Source: a virus
Direction: 5' to 3' (one strand)
Virus record (IMG/VR): IMGVR_UViG_3300045988_031999
Coordinates: 1 to 18,931 of that record
DNA: 18,931 bases
Shown: positions 5,932 through 13,506 of the stretch, one piece after another
Layout: every line of letters begins with the position of its first letter
Position numbering within the stretch: the first letter of the stretch is position 1
The notes under the pieces: model-generated
Databases searched by the model: none
What the model was told of the DNA's origin: nothing
What the model saw: only the letters and a program-made list of their open reading frames with translations
Position numbers and translations under genes: made by a program

Positions 5932-5932
5932 T
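5924..5932 (+). promoter_or_regulatory. Extended -10 promoter element TGcTATAAT overlapping the polymerase stop codon
   Basis: TG at 5924-5925 and TATAAT at 5927-5932. The predicted start is around 5938-5940. No CDS with an SD follows for 230 nt. Confidence 0.55.
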
Positions 5933-5937
5933 ACTTG

Positions 5938-6109
5938 TGTCTTCTGAGCGTCGATTTTCGACTGGGAACAACATGTGTCGGACTGCCACGGCTGAGAATG
6001 CCGCCGACCCGTGAATATCACTATCGTGGCGGTAGTGCCCTACGATTGTCAACTCGCGCTCACATAAGACAGTCTAGACCCCGCGTGATTGCGGGGTCAT
6101 TTATTTTTT
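5938..6109 (+). ncRNA. Candidate ~170-nt structured RNA, possibly a pRNA-like packaging RNA
   Basis: Bounded by the TGcTATAAT promoter and an intrinsic terminator. A long-range helix pairs 5938-5943 with 6066-6071 and 5945-5950 with 6057-6062 (12 Watson-Crick pairs, 1x3 internal loop). This helix closes a ~106-nt core with hairpins at 5950-5962, 5972-6013 and 6019-6046. There is no SD or plausible ORF. Confidence 0.45.
6077..6109 (+). terminator. Rho-independent terminator
   Basis: gaccccgc at 6077-6084 pairs with gcggggtc at 6091-6098, with loop gtgatt, followed by atttatttttt. Confidence 0.85.
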
Positions 6110-6118
6110 CCCGTCGCA

Positions 6119-6127
6119 TGATATAAT
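6119..6127 (+). promoter_or_regulatory. Extended -10 promoter element TGaTATAAT (candidate late promoter)
   Basis: TG at 6119-6120 and TATAAT at 6122-6127. It lies directly after the terminator T-tract and 38 nt upstream of the scaffold start. Confidence 0.6.
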
Positions 6128-6164
6128 TTTGATGGAAACATTACCAATATGAAGGGAGCTTTGC

Positions 6165-6452
6165 ATGGCAGACCCAAACAATGACGGTGAGGAAACCACT
6201 ACTCCGCCGCCGACCGAAGAGGAACAGCAGACCGAAACTGTGGACGATGAGGTCAAACCGAAAGAGGAGTCGGAACCGGAACCGAATCAGGAGCCGGACG
6301 TTTCCGCACGGCTCGACAGCATTGAAAAAGAATTGGCTACGTTGAAGGCCATGATGGACACGCTCGGCTACACCGAACCCGCACCGTCCGACAATGACGG
6401 TGATGGCGACAACGACGGTGATGGCGAGTCCATCGAAGACTTGTTCGACTAA
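6165..6452 (+). CDS. Putative scaffolding protein (phi29 gp7-like), 95 aa, very acidic
   Basis: SD aagggag. Immediately upstream of the capsid gene, of similar size to gp7 (98 aa). Has a helical central segment, and the C-terminal ESIEDLFD resembles the gp7 C-terminal ITIEDLEAK. Confidence 0.65.
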   Translation: MADPNNDGEETTTPPPTEEEQQTETVDDEVKPKEESEPEPNQEPDVSARLDSIEKELATLKAMMDTLGYTEPAPSDNDGDGDNDGDGESIEDLFD

Positions 6453-6469
6453 AAAGAAAGGTATAAGTA

Positions 6470-8185
6470 ATGTCCAATATTCGACCATTGGCCGGCAAGG
6501 GTGACGTTGAGATCTTCAACGCAGTCCGAAACGCCACCAGCCCCCAGTTCCAAACCCGAATTCCATCCGCCACGCAGGGCAACATTCGCAATGCCGTGGA
6601 CACCATGCGCAATTTCCCATACCTTCGTGACGAGTTTACGGGCGTACTGATCCAGCGTCTCATCGGGCTCTATATCCAGCACGCGGACTGGGATGATCCT
6701 TTGAAGCTCATCGGCTCCCCACGCACCTTGAAGCGCTACGGCTCCACCTATGAGCAGGCTGCGGTAGGTTTGGTCAAGGCACGCACCCGTAACTTCAACA
6801 AAGAGTACCTTGGGGATGACGTGTACGGGCGTTACTCGCTCCCAACCGCAAGCGTATTCCATCCGCTCACCTTCGATCATTACTATCCCGTCACCATCCC
6901 AGAAGACGCCTTGCTGACCGCATTCGATGGCGAAAGCGGCATGGCCGATTACATTGCGGAGATCATGAACGCGCCTATCCTGAGTGATAGGAACGACATG
7001 TATTTGATGAAGACGCAGTGTTTCGCAGAATACGCGCGTAAGGGCGGCTTCTATCGCATCCATACCCCCGACGTTGGCAAGGCCGACTCCACCGAAGCTG
7101 ACGCCAAGGGATTGTTGCGCCTTATCCAGCAGGTTGCCAACGAACTGAAGGCGTCCCCAATGTCGGCCATGCCACGCTATAACGCAATGAGCTGGGTTAC
7201 CCCGTGGCGCGATAGCGAAGCGATACTGTTCGCCACTCCGCAGGTGATCGCCGCGCTCAACGTGGAAGCATTGGCCGCCGCCTTCAACATCGATAAGGTC
7301 AATGTACCGTATCGTATCATTCCGATTCCTGAGGATATGTTCGGTATCGGTGGACAGGGTGGTAAGGTGCAGGCCGTCTTGACCACGGAAGACTTCTTCT
7401 TCTGCTGGGATGAAATGTTGGAGACCACCAATAGCCCCGTCAATCCTATCGACGGCACCCGCAACATCTTCTACAAGCACCGCGGAAGCATCACCCCTAA
7501 CCCGTTTGCGAACGCAGTGCTGTTCTGGACCGGCGAAGGCTCCACTGAGTCGGTGGTGCTGCCGGATACGCTCACCACTTCCACGCCGGTGTTCGAGCTG
7601 CGCGTCAAGAAGTACGGACAGAATGCCGTCACTCCTGAAAACGTGTCGCGTGGCGACTTGGTGCAAGTGGTGTCCACCATTACGAGCGCCAACAAGGATA
7701 AGGCAACCTTCCAGCCAAAGGGCATCAAATACGCAGTCGAAGGCGCAACCAGCCAGTTCACCACCATCGACAACGACGGTATCCTCCGTTGCGGTCTCGA
7801 CGAAACCGCCGAAACCCTCAAGGTCACCGCGCAGGCCACCTACATTAATCCGGCCACGCCAGAAATTGACCAGACGGTTTCCGACGCACTATCCGTGCCC
7901 GTGGTTGGTGAATGGCTTGGTGGTTGGAAGGCGGGAGCCATTGCGTCTCTTGAGATTCAGGGCGAAAAAACCGTCAAGGCCAACGAGCATATCACGCTCA
8001 AGGCGATCGCTACCAAGACGGACGGCAATAAGGCGGACGTAACCAATCTCGCCATGTGGTCTGTAGACCAGCACGCCACCATTGTCCCTAATGGCGTGTT
8101 GACCGGAACCGGCGCGGGATCCGCCAACGTCACCGTGAAGTTCGCGGGAGAAACGGGCATGACGCAGATCACCGTCAACGCCTGA
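6470..8185 (+). CDS. Major capsid protein (phi29 gp8-like) with C-terminal Ig-like (Big_2-type) domains, 571 aa
   Basis: The N-terminal IFNAVRNATSPQFQTRIPSATQGNIRNAV and DEFTGVLIQRLIGLYIQHADWDDPLK parallel phi29 gp8 [29 protein letters not shown] and [26 protein letters not shown]. The C-terminal ...HITLKAIATKTDGNKADVTNLAMWSVDQHATIVPNGVLTGTGAGSANVTVKF... is a typical Big_2 pattern. Confidence 0.92.
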   Translation: MSNIRPLAGKGDVEIFNAVRNATSPQFQTRIPSATQGNIRNAVDTMRNFPYLRDEFTGVLIQRLIGLYIQHADWDDPLKLIGSPRTLKRYGSTYEQAAVGLVKARTRNFNKEYLGDDVYGRYSLPTASVFHPLTFDHYYPVTIPEDALLTAFDGESGMADYIAEIMNAPILSDRNDMYLMKTQCFAEYARKGGFYRIHTPDVGKADSTEADAKGLLRLIQQVANELKASPMSAMPRYNAMSWVTPWRDSEAILFATPQVIAALNVEALAAAFNIDKVNVPYRIIPIPEDMFGIGGQGGKVQAVLTTEDFFFCWDEMLETTNSPVNPIDGTRNIFYKHRGSITPNPFANAVLFWTGEGSTESVVLPDTLTTSTPVFELRVKKYGQNAVTPENVSRGDLVQVVSTITSANKDKATFQPKGIKYAVEGATSQFTTIDNDGILRCGLDETAETLKVTAQATYINPATPEIDQTVSDALSVPVVGEWLGGWKAGAIASLEIQGEKTVKANEHITLKAIATKTDGNKADVTNLAMWSVDQHATIVPNGVLTGTGAGSANVTVKFAGETGMTQITVNA

Positions 8186-8205
8186 CATTAGATAATAGCC
8201 GGTAA

Positions 8206-8247
8206 AATAGGTGTGGATAGACTTGGTATCCACACCTATTATTTTTT
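8206..8247 (+). terminator. Strong rho-independent terminator after the capsid gene
   Basis: A perfect 14-bp stem: aataggtgtggata at 8206-8219 pairs with tatccacacctatt at 8227-8240. It has a 7-nt loop and is followed by attttttagg. Confidence 0.9.
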
Positions 8248-8259
8248 AGGAGGATTGTT

Positions 8260-10500
8260 ATGAGCGCTAATGACCTACCGATTAATTTTTCTTACGCAAA
8301 ATGGACGCCAAACACGAGATTCAAACTGTGTAACGTGCCGTGGGATATGGGCTATAGGGATATCGTCAAATGGGACAGACAGGCTCAACAAGAGTATTTC
8401 AGCCGGTTGGACGGTATCGAGTTCACGAACTGCACCATGTCAAAATATGGACTGCCCGTAAGATTGCCGGTGCCTTTCGCTCAGGCATGTCAGTATAATT
8501 ATCTGATCGCCACGAACGACTACGACTTTGATACCCCACGTAGTTGGTATTATTTCATTCAGACATGCGACTATATCAACGCCAACACCACGCAACTCAA
8601 CATTCAGTTGGACGTGTGGCAGAGCTTCCAGCATGACATTCAACTGGGCAACGCCTATGTGGAACGCGGCCATGTGGGCGTAGCCAACGAGAATGCGTGG
8701 AAAGACTGGGGCAAAACCTATTTGGATCTGCCAGAAGGACTCGACACCGGCAAATGCACCGTGCTTACGAATGAATCATGGAAGCCGCTCATGGATATTG
8801 GCGAACATGATGGGGTAAAATACACGTCCTATGGTCTGATCATCGTAAGCACCACCGATCTGGAAGCGGACACGGGCACGAAGGATAATCCGGTGGTCAA
8901 CACCGCCACCGGTAGCGCGTTCGAGAGTCAGCTTAACGGCACCAGCATGTATTATTTGGACACTCCAGCCGATATAGTCACATTCTTCTCCGAAGGCATG
9001 AACGCCCCGTGGGTCACGCAAGGCATTTGCGGCATTTATGCCGTGCCACATTTGCCGCAAGCCTTATTGGACGGTCAACCGAAAAAAACGGAACTCTTCG
9101 GACACTCGGTAGGTTTTATTGGCAATTGTTGGGAATTGCGCAAACGAAACGATAATAGCAACGCACGTTATACGGATATCATCAATCTCAAAAATTTCCG
9201 AGACACCTTTAGTCTACCGGAACGCTATAAGTATCTCAAGAAATTTTTGACCGCCCCTTATGCCTACATTGAATGCAGTTGCTTGAACGGCACTGTGATC
9301 ACGTATGAGCCTGAGCAGATCCCGAGCGCTGACTTGATTATCCGTGAATCATGGAATTACGCGCCGCCCTCCCCCCGACTCAACTTTTACGCACGCGGCT
9401 ACCATGCGGGAAACTTGGGCGAACGTCAACCATTGCCGGACGGCAAAGGACTCCCCATCGACACGGGTGAAATGCTCAACGCGTCCTTTGGCATCACGAA
9501 TTTCCCTACCTTCATGGCCGTCAACAACGGTTCGGCTCTCGCTCTCGCGAACAGTGCCTACACTCGCCAATACGCGCAACAATCCGCCGACTGGAGCTTT
9601 CAAAAAACCCAAATGGGCATCAATAATGCGTACGCTCAAGCGCAATTGGGCACCCAATACGCGAGTGCGCAGAACAGGCTCGGCACGTCGAACCGGAACG
9701 CCATGAACGCGATCAGCAACCAGAGCGCGCAAATGGGAACCGACCTCACGTTGAAGAATCTTGGATTCAATAACCAGATGGCACAGCTCAATACCATCGG
9801 TTCGGGTGTGGCGAACGCGGTAGGTTCAGCCGTCACCGGCAATATTGGCGGTGTGGCCGGTGCCATTGCTGGCACTGCGATAGGCGCATGGACGAACCAG
9901 CAAACCTACAATAACAACGTGTCAACCGCTAACCAGCAATTGGCGAACACGCAAACCACCAACAACGCTTCCACCTCACAGGCCAACGCTTTCTCCCTTG
10001 CACAAACCAATCTTTCCAATCAACAGACCATGCAGTTTGCCGATATGAACAAACAATTGGCGCAAGCCACCGCGCAGGGCGATTACGAAAACACGATCGC
10101 CGGTATCAACGCGCAGGTACAGCAGACCCAGACAGTGCCGCCCACCACGTCCGGCGCGCTGGGAGGTGACGCATTCAACCTAGCCAACGGACTGATTGGC
10201 GTCATGGTACGTTTCCGGCAGATACCGCCCGCCGCCATGCAAGCCATCGGAGAAGTGTGGCTGCGATACGGCTACTATGTCCAGCGCTTCATGAAATTGC
10301 CTGAAAATCTTATGGCCATGAGCAATTTCACCTACTGGAAACTGCATGAACTGTACGTGCGTTCGAGCACATGCCCCGAAGAATACCGATTGACGGTCAA
10401 AGGTATTTTCGAGTCTGGCGTGACCGTGTGGACTGACCCCGAGAAAATCGGAGTCACCGATTACGCTGACAATACGCCACTGGCCGGTATCGCATACTAG
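8260..10500 (+). CDS. Tail knob / distal tube protein (phi29 gp9-like), 746 aa
   Basis: SD aggagg. YLIATNDYDFDTPRSWYYFIQTCDYINANTTQLNIQLDVWQSF...YVERGHV parallels gp9 [43 protein letters not shown]...IVREHV. The C-terminal YGYYVQRF...GVTVWTD parallels YGYKINRV...GITLWHTD. It has a central Gly/Ala-rich hydrophobic segment. Confidence 0.88.
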   Translation: MSANDLPINFSYAKWTPNTRFKLCNVPWDMGYRDIVKWDRQAQQEYFSRLDGIEFTNCTMSKYGLPVRLPVPFAQACQYNYLIATNDYDFDTPRSWYYFIQTCDYINANTTQLNIQLDVWQSFQHDIQLGNAYVERGHVGVANENAWKDWGKTYLDLPEGLDTGKCTVLTNESWKPLMDIGEHDGVKYTSYGLIIVSTTDLEADTGTKDNPVVNTATGSAFESQLNGTSMYYLDTPADIVTFFSEGMNAPWVTQGICGIYAVPHLPQALLDGQPKKTELFGHSVGFIGNCWELRKRNDNSNARYTDIINLKNFRDTFSLPERYKYLKKFLTAPYAYIECSCLNGTVITYEPEQIPSADLIIRESWNYAPPSPRLNFYARGYHAGNLGERQPLPDGKGLPIDTGEMLNASFGITNFPTFMAVNNGSALALANSAYTRQYAQQSADWSFQKTQMGINNAYAQAQLGTQYASAQNRLGTSNRNAMNAISNQSAQMGTDLTLKNLGFNNQMAQLNTIGSGVANAVGSAVTGNIGGVAGAIAGTAIGAWTNQQTYNNNVSTANQQLANTQTTNNASTSQANAFSLAQTNLSNQQTMQFADMNKQLAQATAQGDYENTIAGINAQVQQTQTVPPTTSGALGGDAFNLANGLIGVMVRFRQIPPAAMQAIGEVWLRYGYYVQRFMKLPENLMAMSNFTYWKLHELYVRSSTCPEEYRLTVKGIFESGVTVWTDPEKIGVTDYADNTPLAGIAY

Positions 10501-10507
10501 ATATAAT

Positions 10508-10531
10508 GGAGAGAGTTGAAAAACTCTCTCC
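10508..10531 (+). terminator. 8-bp stem-loop after the tail knob gene (weak terminator or leader structure)
   Basis: ggagagag at 10508-10515 pairs with ctctctcc at 10524-10531, with loop ttgaaaaa. The downstream attactt is a poor U-tract. It is preceded by tataat at 10502-10507. Confidence 0.4.
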
Positions 10532-10554
10532 ATTACTTATATAGGACGGTGATT

Positions 10555-11493
10555 ATGGGTAAACGCAATAACGCGCGCAAAGCCGCGCACTGGGACAATC
10601 AGAGCGTGTTAGGCTCCATGTGGGGCAACCTGAATCTGCCTGAAATGCGGCAATCGCTCAGGATTAACCAATACATGAAATTGATTGAAATGCTGGCCGT
10701 AAGCCGGTTCAAATGGATCAACCTACCCCCATATATTGACGAACGCTATTTGGAACTCACCTTATTCGAGAATGGTCTAGCCCTCTTTTTCCCAGACAAA
10801 CGTAAGGGCGTCAACCGCTTCATGGTCACAGCGGGCAATATCGGTGGGGTGAACAACTACAATAATCCAACCTCGTTCCAGCCAGTCGCCACGAATTATT
10901 CGCACCCGCAGATCGGAAGCAAGGAATGCGTACCCATCTGGGACAATCAATTGCGTTGCACCATGATCGACGTCATGTGGAATTACGCCACACGACTCGC
11001 TATCGCAGACCGCGCGTTGGACGTCAACTTGGACAATATTTCAGTGCCGTTGATTATCGCCACGTCCGAAACCAACAAGCTCACCGCCCAAAACCTTATG
11101 AAGGCAAGGGAAGATGGCGACCCATACATTTACACGTACGACTCGGCGGACATTACCGGCATGTTCCAAACATTCCCGAACGTGACCCCGTTTTTGGCGG
11201 ATAAGATCATCACCACGAAAACGCAGATCTGGAACGAGCTTGTCAATTACCTTGGTATCGACAATTCAACCACCGAGAAGAAGGAAAGGTTGCTTGAAAG
11301 TGAGGTGACTGCGGGCAACAGTCGTACGAACGTGTTCCGATTGAGCTATTTGAAGGCGCGTCAACAGGCGTGCGATACGATTAACCGATTGTGGCCGCAA
11401 ATGGCCGACTCCGGATACCCCATCGGCATTGAATGGAACGACACCACAAGTGGTGGACTCTTGGACGTGGAAGGCAATAAGGAGGAAGAATAA
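10555..11493 (+). CDS. Portal / upper collar connector (phi29 gp10-like), 312 aa
   Basis: FKWINLPPYIDERYLELTLFENG, WNELVNYLGIDNSTTEKKERLLESEV and YLKARQQACDTINRLW parallel gp10 [49 protein letters not shown] and FLKSREEACEKINELY. The ATG at 10555 is preferred over the track's TTG at 10516, which lies inside the hairpin. Confidence 0.93.
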   Translation: MGKRNNARKAAHWDNQSVLGSMWGNLNLPEMRQSLRINQYMKLIEMLAVSRFKWINLPPYIDERYLELTLFENGLALFFPDKRKGVNRFMVTAGNIGGVNNYNNPTSFQPVATNYSHPQIGSKECVPIWDNQLRCTMIDVMWNYATRLAIADRALDVNLDNISVPLIIATSETNKLTAQNLMKAREDGDPYIYTYDSADITGMFQTFPNVTPFLADKIITTKTQIWNELVNYLGIDNSTTEKKERLLESEVTAGNSRTNVFRLSYLKARQQACDTINRLWPQMADSGYPIGIEWNDTTSGGLLDVEGNKEEE

Positions 11494-12305
11494 TGGTGCA
11501 GGACTTGAGCATGTATGCGGTCAAAGACAGTATGGCAGACTACACCTTGACTTTGGGTAATCTGATAGACCGTGGATATGATACGGACGAAAAACTACAT
11601 TTGAGCGCTCAATATTATCCGATTTTCGACGAAACGTATAGGGCGAAATTGAACGAAAAAATCGTAGCCCACTACGCACTACGTGAAATCGGTTCGGAAA
11701 CCCCGCAAATGTTCGTATTCTATCTGGGGCGCACCATGCGGGAGCAAATGGACTATTATAATCAGCTCTATTTGTCGGCACAGCGTAAGTTCGACCCCTT
11801 CATCACCTCAGATATTCGGCAGACTATGGATTCGACCAGTACGAATGAGTCTTCGGGAAAATCTTCGGGCACGCAGTCGAACGAGTCCACCGCACATAGC
11901 ACGTCCGACACTACCGCAGACAATTCCAGCATGACGTTTAACAGCGAGTTCCCGCAGACCCGTATTGACGATTTTAAAAAGTTCGCGACAAGCGCGTCAC
12001 AGACGGACTCACTAGGCAATACGCATACGGCAACCCAGCAGGATAGTACGGCCACCGCAACCAGCACCAGCAACACCGACTACGCGCACTCATCCGATAA
12101 AGGCAACAGCACGTCGCATACGCTCGGTACCAGCGGTTCGCAATCCCAGTTATTGCTTGATTGGCGTAATACCATGCTGAACATTGACATGATGGTTATT
12201 GGTTCGTTGGAAGATCTGTTTTTGGGGCTGTGGGGCAGTGGCGACAACATGACCAACGTACCGCAATTGTACAGTACGTCACTCGCTTATAATCTCGGTC
12301 ATTAG
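11493..12305 (+). CDS. Putative lower collar protein, 270 aa, with a long Ser/Thr-rich central segment
   Basis: TAATG overlap with the portal stop, with SD aaggagg. Position and size match phi29 gene 11 (293 aa). By-eye similarity to gp11 is not evident, so the call is mainly syntenic. Confidence 0.5.
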   Translation: MVQDLSMYAVKDSMADYTLTLGNLIDRGYDTDEKLHLSAQYYPIFDETYRAKLNEKIVAHYALREIGSETPQMFVFYLGRTMREQMDYYNQLYLSAQRKFDPFITSDIRQTMDSTSTNESSGKSSGTQSNESTAHSTSDTTADNSSMTFNSEFPQTRIDDFKKFATSASQTDSLGNTHTATQQDSTATATSTSNTDYAHSSDKGNSTSHTLGTSGSQSQLLLDWRNTMLNIDMMVIGSLEDLFLGLWGSGDNMTNVPQLYSTSLAYNLGH

Positions 12306-12337
12306 AGTATACTGGATTTGAGACAGATTGGAGGATT

Positions 12338-12937
12338 ATGGACGGATTTAACACATGCGCCGCGCCATTGGATATCGACCCACGGCAACGGTATTTCACC
12401 ACGGTTCAGCCGTTCTCGTACCGCGACACGCTCACCGTGTTGGGGTATGTGCAGGAAGTGGCTGGACACTTGGACGAGCTGCGCGAACAGTTGGACAATC
12501 TCGCCAAAGACGAAAACGCGGACGTTGAAGCCATCAAACAGTTGGTGGCCGGTTTCAATGAACAGTTCGACCGTATCAATAAAACCTTGGATGATCTTGA
12601 AAAGCAGGTTGGCCAGTATGAAGATTCGGACTTGACCTACAATCCGACTCGTGGTAAGTACGAAGATTCCAAGAACACGAACAGAGACATGTACCGCGAA
12701 CTTGCGGTGTTCGGTGCGCGTGTTAACCAGATGGCGCAACTCTCCGTGCCGATGGCTTCAGCGCATACGTGCCTTGAGATGGCCGTCTTGGGTAATAAAA
12801 CCATTTTCCATAACGACGAGCCGCGCATTACGCCGCGTGACGTGCATGTGGATGATGGGGAGCCGGTCACTGCGTTGACGGTGGAAAATCTCGCCAACGG
12901 TGTCGTGCAAAACAATTTCATGAAAACACATGAATAA
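12338..12937 (+). CDS. Hypothetical structural protein with coiled-coil segment, 199 aa (first gene of the fibre cluster)
   Basis: SD ggagg, then 5 nt, then ATG. Predicted coiled coil at LDELREQLDNLAKDENADVEAIKQLVAGFNEQFDRINKTLDDLEKQV. The function is not recognised. Confidence 0.8.
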   Translation: MDGFNTCAAPLDIDPRQRYFTTVQPFSYRDTLTVLGYVQEVAGHLDELREQLDNLAKDENADVEAIKQLVAGFNEQFDRINKTLDDLEKQVGQYEDSDLTYNPTRGKYEDSKNTNRDMYRELAVFGARVNQMAQLSVPMASAHTCLEMAVLGNKTIFHNDEPRITPRDVHVDDGEPVTALTVENLANGVVQNNFMKTHE

Positions 12938-12959
12938 CCAACAATAAATAGGAGGAAAA

Positions 12960-13313
12960 ATGACTCAGAAGACAACTAATTATAATCTTGAAAAGTATGA
13001 CGCGACGGACGCGCCGAACCTTCAAGGCCAATACAACCGTTCGATGGACATTCTGGATACGACGTTGAAAACCCAGTCGGACAGAATCGATAACATTCCA
13101 ACACCGGAAGCCCTACCGGAAGGATTGAAAGCGTTCACCACCGCTCTCGGATTGAGCGCATCGAACGCCGGCGCACTCGGTACCGCCTTGAATCATTTCT
13201 TGAACCGAGTTCCAGCCACCGGTGGCGGACAGTACACCGTCAAGAACCTCACCGACACGAAGGTTACGGCGGAGGGCCTGCCGTTCGTATCCACCACCCC
13301 TTCGGGGAAGTGA
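12960..13313 (+). CDS. Short fibre-like protein with the shared N-terminal module, 117 aa
   Basis: SD aggagg. The N-terminus TNYNLEKYDATDAPNLQGQYNRSMDILDTTL is shared with the next two genes. Confidence 0.8.
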   Translation: MTQKTTNYNLEKYDATDAPNLQGQYNRSMDILDTTLKTQSDRIDNIPTPEALPEGLKAFTTALGLSASNAGALGTALNHFLNRVPATGGGQYTVKNLTDTKVTAEGLPFVSTTPSGK

Positions 13314-13319
13314 TAGAAC

Positions 13320-13502
13320 ATGGCAGATAACCCGCAAGCAACCCCCGTTGACGTGGCCGCATATGACGTGACCCGTCATTGGGGGTTGCCCCTCTACAAT
13401 GACGCGACCCCAATGGACATGCGAGACGGATACAATCATGCCATGCGCATGATAGACCAGATCCTCACCCAACTGCAGACTCAGATTCGAGAAAAGGACT
13501 GA
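13320..13502 (+). CDS. 60-aa protein consisting only of the shared fibre N-terminal module
   Basis: RHWGLPLYNDATPMDMRDGYNHAMRMIDQIL compares with DNYGLNLYGDNDPADLRDGYNNSMRTIDTTM in the 500-aa fibre. It is tightly packed, with a 6-nt gap before it and a 4-nt gap after it. Confidence 0.65.
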   Translation: MADNPQATPVDVAAYDVTRHWGLPLYNDATPMDMRDGYNHAMRMIDQILTQLQTQIREKD

Positions 13503-13506
13503 AACA

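Noticed and set aside
5935-6126. 63-aa ORF filling the polymerase-scaffold gap
   Set aside because: It has a TTG start and no SD. It reads straight through the terminator hairpin and T-tract, and its sequence is Arg-rich and odd. The region is better explained as a structured non-coding RNA plus a terminator and promoter.
6449-7666. 405-aa ORF on the minus strand
   Set aside because: It is antisense to the capsid gene, whose product clearly matches phi29 gp8. Its Gly/Arg/His/Val-rich translation is typical of the reverse frame of a GC-rich gene.
7410-8042. 210-aa plus-strand ORF in an alternative frame inside the capsid gene
   Set aside because: It has a Pro/Arg/Ser-rich composition typical of an off-frame read of GC-rich coding DNA. 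There is no SD, and it lies fully inside a gene whose own frame encodes recognisable Ig-like domains.
10516-10554. Upstream TTG starts proposed by the ORF track for the portal (10516), ATPase (16368) and acidic protein (347)
   Set aside because: Each lies inside or against a hairpin or SD. Each is followed by an in-frame ATG with a properly spaced GGAGG/AGGA (10555, 16383, 362). The phi29 homologue N-termini align with the shorter versions.
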